Part shown: piece after piece, positions 57,287 through 64,000 of the stretch | Layout of the letters: every line of letters begins with the position of its first letter | Numbering within the stretch: position 1 is the first letter of the stretch | NCBI GenBank assembly: GCA_964556895.1 | Contig: CAZKYC010000010.1 | Coordinates: 3,883-67,882, forward strand | Length of the DNA: 64,000 bases | Reading direction: 5' to 3' | From: an uncultured bacterium | Lineage (GTDB): Bacteria > Hinthialibacterota > Hinthialibacteria > Hinthialibacterales > Hinthialibacteraceae | Program-made: the position numbers and the translations under genes | The notes under the pieces: generated by a model | The model's database searches: none | Told to the model about the DNA's origin: nothing | What the model saw: the letters and a program-made list of their open reading frames with translations, nothing else

Positions 57287-58771
57287 TTGTGGGTGTATGT
57301 GAAAATGGCTACAGCAACCCTAACCAGTCAGCCAACCCTGGCTGAACACGCCGCGAACCGAATCCAGTTTGGCGCGCGCAACGGCGACATCGAAATGATA
57401 GACGCCATGGGCTATGACGCCTTCGTCGACCAACAACTGAATCCAGAGTCAATCGACGACTCGGCGGCGGAGCAAACCATTCTCTTCGCGCCGCATGAGA
57501 CATTCTCTGAAACGCTTCAACAACTCTATGACCGACGAAATATCTCGCCCTATTCTGAGGTGATTCGCCCGATTCGAGAAGTTAGCTACCAGACCATGCT
57601 GCGGGCGATTGAGTCGAAGAAACAATTGCAAGAGCGCATGGTCAATTTTTGGTATGACCATTTCAACATCTATGGGTGGGATTACACCACCCGCTCGATC
57701 TTCCCCACCTGGGACGCCATGATACGCCGCCATGCGTTGGGCAATTTTCACGCATTTCTTATCGACACCGCCCAACACGCCAGCATGTTGCTTTATCTGG
57801 ATAATTACAAAAGCACCGACGGCGGCCCTAATGAAAATTACGCCCGCGAGTTGATTGAGTTACACACCATGGGCGCGATGCACTACAACGCCCCTGGCGG
57901 TTACAACGATGAAGATGTCTATGAAACCAGTCGCTGCTTCACGGGGTGGAACTACGACTCAGACAGCGAAAGCCCCACGCGCGGCGCGTTTCTCTATCGT
58001 CATGACGACCACGACCGTTTTCAAAAATGGGTGTTGGGCGTCAAGGTTCCACGCGACCAGGCGCCCACCCAAGACGGGATGGACATTCTCAGCCTGCTCG
58101 CCCACCACCCCGCCACCGCCAAACACATCGCCTGGAAGCTGGCGCAGCGTTTTATTGATGACGATCCGCCCGAGTCGATTGTCGAGTCGACCGCGGCGGT
58201 CTTTCACGCCAACACCGAAGCGCCTGACCAACTCAAACTCACCATGAAACATTTACTATCAAGCGATGAGTTTACGTCGGCCCGACGCACAAAATTCAAA
58301 CGCCCATTTGACTGGGCCATCTCCATGATGCGGGCGCTGGATGTTCCTTACATCATCCACGACAAATTTAGCTTTGAATGGCTCTATGACTCGATGGGGC
58401 AGCCGTTGTTCTCATGGAGCACCCCCGACGGCGCCCCTGACGTCAAAGAACAGTGGGCGACCTCAAATGGAATGATCAAACGCTGGCGTATAATGTTTGA
58501 AACCGCTGACGGCTGGTATCTAAAATACGGCTTCGGCTTTACTCCGCTCGCGGTCATGCCAAGCGACATCAACACCGCCGAACAGATCGCCGACTTTTGG
58601 ATCCGCCGCGTGATCAGCGGCCCGGTGTCAGACGACACTCGATCAGCCATCATCGACTTCGCCTCGGAAGGCCGCAACCCCAGCCTGCCGCTGCCTGGCG
58701 GCCAAATCGAAGCCAAAGCCAAATATGTCGCGGCGCTGTGCGCCGTTTCGCCAGAATTTATGGTGCGCTAA
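57287..58771 (+). CDS. DUF1800 family protein
   Basis: Family hallmark MVNFWYDHFNIY (FWxNHFN) and LIELHTMG. About 490 aa. Directly followed by a DUF1501 gene, the canonical pairing. Confidence 0.75.
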   Translation: MWVYVKMATATLTSQPTLAEHAANRIQFGARNGDIEMIDAMGYDAFVDQQLNPESIDDSAAEQTILFAPHETFSETLQQLYDRRNISPYSEVIRPIREVSYQTMLRAIESKKQLQERMVNFWYDHFNIYGWDYTTRSIFPTWDAMIRRHALGNFHAFLIDTAQHASMLLYLDNYKSTDGGPNENYARELIELHTMGAMHYNAPGGYNDEDVYETSRCFTGWNYDSDSESPTRGAFLYRHDDHDRFQKWVLGVKVPRDQAPTQDGMDILSLLAHHPATAKHIAWKLAQRFIDDDPPESIVESTAAVFHANTEAPDQLKLTMKHLLSSDEFTSARRTKFKRPFDWAISMMRALDVPYIIHDKFSFEWLYDSMGQPLFSWSTPDGAPDVKEQWATSNGMIKRWRIMFETADGWYLKYGFGFTPLAVMPSDINTAEQIADFWIRRVISGPVSDDTRSAIIDFASEGRNPSLPLPGGQIEAKAKYVAALCAVSPEFMVR

Positions 58772-58777
58772 GGAGCG

Positions 58778-60046
58778 ATGACAATGAAACCAATCAAACG
58801 ACGTTCTTTTGTACAAGGTTGCTGCGCCGGCATCGCCGCTCTCAGCGGCTCGCGCATCAGCAAAATGGCGTTCGCCCAAGATGAACAATCTGACCGCGAC
58901 GTGTTAATCAATGTCTTTCTTCGCGGCGGGATGGACTCACTCAACTATTTCATCCCTTACGCCGACCCTGACTATCATCTCGCCCGCGCCGACCTCGGCA
59001 TCGGCGATTCGAGCGCGCTTGACATCAACGGTTACTTTGGCCTTCATCCCGGCGCCGCCCGTTTAATGGAACTCTATGACCAGAGCCACCTGGCGTTTAT
59101 CCCGGCGTCAGGCTTGCCTATCGCCAACCGCTCTCACTTTCAGGCCCAGGATTACATCGAGCGCGGCTACATCGGCGATGAAGGCAGGCAATACGGCGGC
59201 TGGCTGGCGCGCCATTTAGCAGACACTGCGGTCGGCAATCCATTTGACGGCGTCAGTTTTGGCTCGTCGGTCGCCACTTCGCTTGAGAGTTTCCCTGGCG
59301 CGATTGCCATGCGCGACCTGCGCGGCTTCTCGTTGTCTGGCAGTTCCAGCCAGCGCAACGAACTGCGTCGCGCCTTGCGTTCCATGTGGAATTCCGGTGA
59401 AGAATTTGGCGCGGTCGCCCATCAGACGCTTGATCTGGTCGACGTGATCGCCGCCAACTCACCGGAAAATTACACGCCAGTTGACGGCGTTGAATACCCA
59501 CGCGATTCGCTCGCCGACTCGCTGAAATCCATCGCCCAACTCATTAAACTCGACCTGGGCCTACAAGCCGCGACAGTTGATTATGGCGGGTGGGACACTC
59601 ACGAATCGCAAGCAGGCGGCAACCCCGCTGAAGGCTATTTCGCCCAACGCGCCCAGCGCCTCAGCGATTCGCTTCACGCCTTCTGGAACGACATGGTGAA
59701 CTATCACGGCAAGGTCACCATGGTGGTCATGTCTGAGTTTGGCCGCCGCGTGAAAGAGAACGACAATCGCGGCACCGACCACGGCCACGGCGGTTTAATG
59801 ATGGTGTTCAGCACAGATTTGGTTGAGAAAAAAATCTGGGGAGAGTGGCCCGGCCTTGCCACTGATCAACTCTTTCAGCGCGTCGACCTCAACGTAACCA
59901 CTGATTACCGAACCGTCTTGAGCGAGATTCTCATTGCGCGAATGAAGCAATACAACATTTCCAGCATCTTCCCTAATTACACATTTGACCAACCGCTGGG
60001 CCTGTTTGGCATGACCACCCCGGTCAGGAGCTGGGATATGTATTAA
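58778..60046 (+). CDS. DUF1501 family protein (sulfatase-fold, twin-arginine signal)
   Basis: TAT signal (KRRSFVQGCCAGIAALSGS); conserved FLRGGMDSLN N-terminal motif and the C-terminal SEFGRR...NDNRGTDHGHGG motif of DUF1501. Confidence 0.8.
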   Translation: MTMKPIKRRSFVQGCCAGIAALSGSRISKMAFAQDEQSDRDVLINVFLRGGMDSLNYFIPYADPDYHLARADLGIGDSSALDINGYFGLHPGAARLMELYDQSHLAFIPASGLPIANRSHFQAQDYIERGYIGDEGRQYGGWLARHLADTAVGNPFDGVSFGSSVATSLESFPGAIAMRDLRGFSLSGSSSQRNELRRALRSMWNSGEEFGAVAHQTLDLVDVIAANSPENYTPVDGVEYPRDSLADSLKSIAQLIKLDLGLQAATVDYGGWDTHESQAGGNPAEGYFAQRAQRLSDSLHAFWNDMVNYHGKVTMVVMSEFGRRVKENDNRGTDHGHGGLMMVFSTDLVEKKIWGEWPGLATDQLFQRVDLNVTTDYRTVLSEILIARMKQYNISSIFPNYTFDQPLGLFGMTTPVRSWDMY

Positions 60047-60135
60047 GGCTCATCCGGGATTCGGACACTTTCTCACAAATTGAATTAAAATTTCCAAACA
60101 CGATCTCAAGGATGATTTTTCTATCGTTGTATTTG

Positions 60136-60284
60136 GCGTGGGTGCAACTCTGCTCGCTTCAGTGCTGCTCCGCTTTAAAGCAAAGGCGCTCACAGAGTTG
60201 CACCCACGCCTATGTTGGTTCATCAATAATTGGTTAGTTGAAACTATATCGAAAAGCGATCATTCTTTTTGAGATGGCCGCTTC
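60136..60284. repeat. Intergenic repeat element copy B (17-bp perfect inverted repeat hairpin plus ATCATTCTTTTTGAGATGGC end motif)
   Basis: GCGTGGGTGCAACTCTG (60136-60152) and CAGAGTTGCACCCACGC (60193-60209) are perfect reverse complements. They flank a 40-nt loop containing CTCGCTTCAGTGCTGCTCCGC and the palindrome GCTTTAAAGC. ATCATTCTTTTTGAGATGGCCG follows at 60260-60281. Located between convergent genes. Confidence 0.65.
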
Positions 60285-60334
60285 GCTTGCAATGAGGCGT
60301 CTCCCCACATCAATTTCACAAAATCATCAATTCA

Positions 60335-61450
60335 TCACTGATAGACTCGCCCTAAAACCGACACGATTTTTCGTTTGACTTCGAGCGGGTCGATCGGCTC
60401 CATGCTACGGAAAATCACGTCCCCGCCCGGTTTAACAATGACGGTATAGGGCAGCGCGCCCAGCCATTCTTTGTCCAGCGATTCGACCAGTTGGTAATTG
60501 TTCTTTCCGCTGAAGATATAGTTGCGCATCGAGGCTTCGTTCTTTTTGAGAAATTCATGCACTTTATCTTTTTTACCCATCGGGTCAGCGCTGATGGTGA
60601 CCAATTCAAAATCGCGATGGCGGTACATACGGTGAATGGTCACCAGTTCAGGAAACTCAATCACACAGGGCCCGCACCAAGTCGCCCAGACGTTAATTAA
60701 ACGCAGTTTGTCCGAGTCATTCTTCATTAGTTCCTGCAAGCCAGCGGAATCAATCGGCTCAAGCGAGACTTCTTCTTTGGCCCATTTATCGAGCGCGGCT
60801 TTGACTTGCGGGCGCTTGTCAGGCCACTTGATCGAGCAGCCAAACGTCTTGGTGGTTTCGACTGGCGGGTTCACACCAGCCAACAGCGCTTCAATCGCCT
60901 GCTGGGCGTCGCGAGTGGTCACTTCGCTGGACTTTTCAGAATTGTCAATGCGCCCCTGGTAACGCAGCGCCCGGTCTTCGTCAAAGATAAACACATGCGG
61001 AGTCGCGATGGGGCCGTATTTCTTACACAGTTCGGGCTGGTCGCCCGCGTACAAATAGGGGAACTCGAATTTTTTGTCTTTGGCGCGGATCTTCATATCC
61101 TCAAGAGTGTCGCCCACATCGGTGTAGCCCATTTCGTCGAGGCGTACCGCCAATGCGTCATTGGGCGCGACCGCAACTAACGCCACGCCCTTGCTTTTGT
61201 ATTCTTGGTACAGCGCGATGATACGGTCTTCATACGCTTGGGCGGTGGGACAATGGTTGGCGGTGAACACCATTACCAACAGTTTGGCGCTGGCGAAATC
61301 GTCGAGATTATAGGTCTTGCCGTCCGTGCCCGGCCATGAAAACGGGTGGGCGTTTTCACCGATTTCCATCGGCTGATAGTCAGCGGCGAAGGGCGCGGCG
61401 CTCAAAATGAATGCGGCGATGATTGCGAAAGTCAAATTAACAGTTCGCAT
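60335..61450 (-). CDS. Secreted two-domain thioredoxin-fold protein (TlpA/redoxin-like)
   Basis: Signal peptide. The first thioredoxin-like domain has a single Cys (FTANHCPTAQAY). The second has a canonical WCGPC (INVWATWCGPCVIEFPEL). Confidence 0.65.
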   Translation of the reverse strand: MRTVNLTFAIIAAFILSAAPFAADYQPMEIGENAHPFSWPGTDGKTYNLDDFASAKLLVMVFTANHCPTAQAYEDRIIALYQEYKSKGVALVAVAPNDALAVRLDEMGYTDVGDTLEDMKIRAKDKKFEFPYLYAGDQPELCKKYGPIATPHVFIFDEDRALRYQGRIDNSEKSSEVTTRDAQQAIEALLAGVNPPVETTKTFGCSIKWPDKRPQVKAALDKWAKEEVSLEPIDSAGLQELMKNDSDKLRLINVWATWCGPCVIEFPELVTIHRMYRHRDFELVTISADPMGKKDKVHEFLKKNEASMRNYIFSGKNNYQLVESLDKEWLGALPYTVIVKPGGDVIFRSMEPIDPLEVKRKIVSVLGRVYQ

Positions 61451-61620
61451 AGTAGTATCCCCTATTTTCTAAGATACCCTTATCATACGGAACCTAACGC
61501 CCGGCGCCAAGCGCCAAGGCCGAATTGGACTTGCTGTTACGAACCGGTCAATGATCGAAGCCACTTGAGAGTCAACATCACTGGTCTATAGTTCAAAAAA
61601 AATCAAAGTGAGAAAACAAA

Positions 61621-63078
61621 ATGAAAATACAATCACAGTCGTCGTTCCCAGCCCGGATCAAGCAGTTCGTGGTGTTTGCGGTCAAAGGCCAGACCATCCA
61701 AGCGCCCGCGCCGCAGTTACGCGATGCGATAAAAAACGCAGTGAAATTCAAACAGTTCAGCGGCGATGAGGGCGAGAGTCTCGCGCTGACCGAGGCCGAT
61801 TCTGTGGTGGTGTTGGTGGGTTGCGGCGAAAAGCCCGAAGCCTTGAACCAACGCGCCATTGGGGTGGCGACCAAGTGTGCGCTTCAAACCAGGCCGCTGT
61901 CGTCTAAATCGCCAGTAGGCATTGTCCCATACCGCGACAATGAAACCTGGCTGCGCGGCGTGGTCGACGGCGCCCAACTCGGCCTCTACACCTGGGACAA
62001 ATACCTGAGCAAAAAAGACGATCCGTCGCCGATGAACTATTCGCTGACCATTAAAACCAAAAATGCGAAGCTCGTCAATCAACTGTCCACCGTCGCCAGC
62101 GGCGTCAACCTGGCCCGCGACATGGCCAACGAAAACGCTGACACGGCCCACTCAAAATTTATCGAAGCCCAAGTCAAAAAACTCACCCGCGGCGACAAAC
62201 GCTGTAAGGTCGAGGTGCTCAACCGCGCCCAACTGAAGGCCAAAGGCCTGGGGCTTCACCTGGCGGTCAACCAGGGCAGCAACAAAGAGCCCAAACTGAT
62301 CATCGTCACCTATCGCGGCGGCAAAAAAAGCGACCCGTTCGTGGCCTTGGTCGGCAAGGGACTCACCTTCGACACTGGCGGCCTCAATCTGAAGCCGACT
62401 GGCGGCATGGAAGACATGCGCTACGACATGTGCGGCGCGGCGGCGGTCACGGGCACGCTGCACAACACATTGAAATTAAACCTCGAAGTCAACGCCTACT
62501 TCGTTCTCGGCGTCGCTGAAAACGCGATTGGGTCAAATTCATATAAGCCCGGCGATGTGTTCACGAGTTACTGCGGCAAGACAGTCGAAATCGGCAATAC
62601 CGACGCCGAAGGCCGCCTAGTGCTCGCTGACGCCAACTGTTACGTCGCCAAAACCTATAAGCCGTCAGCCATCATCAATATCGCCACGCTGACGGGCGCG
62701 GTGGTGATTGCGCTTGGCTATGAACACACCGGGCTGATGAGCACTGACGACAAACTGGCCAATGCGCTGCTCAAAGCGGCCCAGACCAGCGACGACCGCG
62801 CCTGGCGGCTGCCGATGTATCCCGAACTCAAAGAACACGTCAAAAGCCCCATCGCCGATATCAAAAATATCGGCCTGAAACGCGTAGCAGGCACGCTCTC
62901 AGCGGGCGAATTTCTGCGCCAGTTCGCCCAACATTATGACGAAACCCTGCCCTGGGCGCATCTCGACATCGCCGGGACCGCCAAGCCGGATATGGAAGTA
63001 GGCTACCTGCCCGCCAGCGGCGCCGGAGCGGGCGTTCGCTTGTTGACCGAATATTTAAACAGCCTGGGCGGCTCCTGA
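61621..63078 (+). CDS. pepA: Leucyl aminopeptidase (M17 family)
   Basis: M17 signature [13 protein letters not shown], metal-binding region ([17 protein letters not shown]...[12 protein letters not shown]) and a 485-aa length. Confidence 0.9.
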   Translation: MKIQSQSSFPARIKQFVVFAVKGQTIQAPAPQLRDAIKNAVKFKQFSGDEGESLALTEADSVVVLVGCGEKPEALNQRAIGVATKCALQTRPLSSKSPVGIVPYRDNETWLRGVVDGAQLGLYTWDKYLSKKDDPSPMNYSLTIKTKNAKLVNQLSTVASGVNLARDMANENADTAHSKFIEAQVKKLTRGDKRCKVEVLNRAQLKAKGLGLHLAVNQGSNKEPKLIIVTYRGGKKSDPFVALVGKGLTFDTGGLNLKPTGGMEDMRYDMCGAAAVTGTLHNTLKLNLEVNAYFVLGVAENAIGSNSYKPGDVFTSYCGKTVEIGNTDAEGRLVLADANCYVAKTYKPSAIINIATLTGAVVIALGYEHTGLMSTDDKLANALLKAAQTSDDRAWRLPMYPELKEHVKSPIADIKNIGLKRVAGTLSAGEFLRQFAQHYDETLPWAHLDIAGTAKPDMEVGYLPASGAGAGVRLLTEYLNSLGGS

Positions 63079-63142
63079 TGCTTCGCTTTTTGAGCGCAGG
63101 CGGTACAATACTGGCTTTCTAATTGGAGTTTTGGAGGAACGC

Positions 63143-64000
63143 ATGTCAGACGCCGCCGTCAATCTAACCCGCGAAACGCAGGACCTTCACGTCATCGACG
63201 CTCAGCCGTTGCTGCCGCCGGTGGAACTCAAGCGCGAGCTGCCCATCAGCGACGCCAGCGCCGAGACCGTCATTCAATCGCGGCTCGCGATCAAAAAAAT
63301 GTTGATCGACAAAGACCCGCGCCTGTTGCTCATCATCGGGCCGTGCTCGATTCATGATGAAAAAAGCGCCATCGAATACGCCGAACGCCTCAAAGCGCTG
63401 AGCGACAACGTCAGCGATGTGTTTCTCGTCGCCATGCGCGTCTATTTCGAAAAACCACGAACCACAACCGGTTGGAAAGGGCTCATTAACGATCCCCATA
63501 TCGACGGCTCGCTCGACATCGTCCACGGCCTTCACAAAGCGCGCGAGTTATTGCGAACGATTACTGACATGGGGCTGCCCACGGCGACTGAGTTCTTAGA
63601 CCCGATCATTCCACAATATATATCCGACCTCATCAGCTGGGCGGCGATTGGCGCCCGCACCACCGAGTCGCAGACACACCGCGAAATGGCCAGCGGGCTT
63701 TCCATGCCGGTCGGATTCAAGAACAACACCGACGGCAACCTTCAGGTTGCGTTCAACGCCCTACAATCCGCCCGAGCGCCGCACAGTTTTCTGGGTATTG
63801 ATCCTGAAGGCCGAACGTCCATCTACAAAACAAGCGGAAACCGCTGGGGCCATATCATTCTTCGCGGCGGCGGCGGCAAGGGCAACTACGACCCTGACAG
63901 CATTCGCGAAGCCATCGACGGCCTCAACAAGGCCGGGCTGACGGAGACTGTCATGGTCGACTGCAGCCACGCCAACTCGGGCAAGAAAATTGAAAATCAG
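63143..64000 (+). CDS. aroG: 3-deoxy-7-phosphoheptulonate (DAHP) synthase, class I (AroG/F/H type), 3'-truncated by window end
   Basis: Not in the ORF track because it has no in-window stop. Manual translation from the ATG at 63143 gives [88 protein letters not shown]...[28 protein letters not shown]. This is near-colinear with E. coli AroG ([12 protein letters not shown]; [28 protein letters not shown]). Confidence 0.9.
   Translation, partial: MSDAAVNLTRETQDLHVIDAQPLLPPVELKRELPISDASAETVIQSRLAIKKMLIDKDPRLLLIIGPCSIHDEKSAIEYAERLKALSDNVSDVFLVAMRVYFEKPRTTTGWKGLINDPHIDGSLDIVHGLHKARELLRTITDMGLPTATEFLDPIIPQYISDLISWAAIGARTTESQTHREMASGLSMPVGFKNNTDGNLQVAFNALQSARAPHSFLGIDPEGRTSIYKTSGNRWGHIILRGGGGKGNYDPDSIREAIDGLNKAGLTETVMVDCSHANSGKKIENQ

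Noticed and set aside
63164-63535. 123-aa minus-strand ORF near the window end
   Set aside because: It is antisense to the strongly supported class I DAHP synthase reading frame (manual translation colinear with AroG); high-GC antisense ORF artefact.

Overview
This 64-kb, roughly 55% GC, gene-dense bacterial chromosomal segment has almost every long ORF supported by recognisable protein motifs. The best guess is a PVC-like or candidate-phylum genome rich in sulfatase, DUF1501/DUF1800 and Gfo/Idh/MocA oxidoreductase genes, but lineage cannot be settled without a search.

Layout:
- 8-3439: a giant TPR protein with a poly-acidic N-terminus and one TM helix.
- 3585-12325: a flagellar export and basal-body operon in the Bacillus/spirochete order flgB-flgC-fliE-fliF-fliG-fliH-fliI-fliJ. 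It is preceded by a sigma54-like -24/-12 element and carries three unusual small inserted ORFs. It ends in an in-frame FliJ fusion to a membrane-anchored MgtE_N (YlxF/FlbB-like) module.
- 12493-18596: a sugar-modification cluster of a GH31-like hydrolase, then on the minus strand a GT4 glycosyltransferase, a response regulator with an unrecognised roughly 290-aa output domain, and two Gfo/Idh/MocA oxidoreductases.
- 18663-25520: argS, a 915-aa glycoside-hydrolase-like protein, rimI, tsaB, and a single ORF fusing 5-formyltetrahydrofolate cyclo-ligase to TsaE.
- 25906-34109: an SSS symporter, an ABC family-5 binding protein plus two permeases with no ATPase in the window, a TylF-like O-methyltransferase, a CysQ-like PAP phosphatase and a sulfatase.
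- 34210-42659: a tight minus-strand block of a GT-C-like membrane protein, an MsbA-like exporter, rho, coaE and polA.
- 43097-64000: a cNMP-binding protein and a secreted protein with a Gly-Phe repeat tail; an LpxH-like phosphoesterase, an Lrp/AsnC regulator and aminotransferase pair, and an HD-GYP response regulator; dapA, a TPR protein, msrB, a Dabb protein, a TAT-signal Gfo oxidoreductase, ilvD, a DUF1800/DUF1501 pair, a thioredoxin-like protein, pepA, and a 5'-partial class I DAHP synthase running off the window end.

The most notable non-genic signal is a dispersed intergenic repeat family. Two roughly 150-bp copies at 52.9 kb and 60.1 kb share a long inverted-repeat hairpin, perfect over 17 bp in one copy. 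Each also carries an ATCATTTTTGAGATGGC(TTCT) end motif, and that motif recurs at 25.6 kb and 42.9 kb. No CRISPR array, rRNA, tRNA or obvious mobile-element protein was found.
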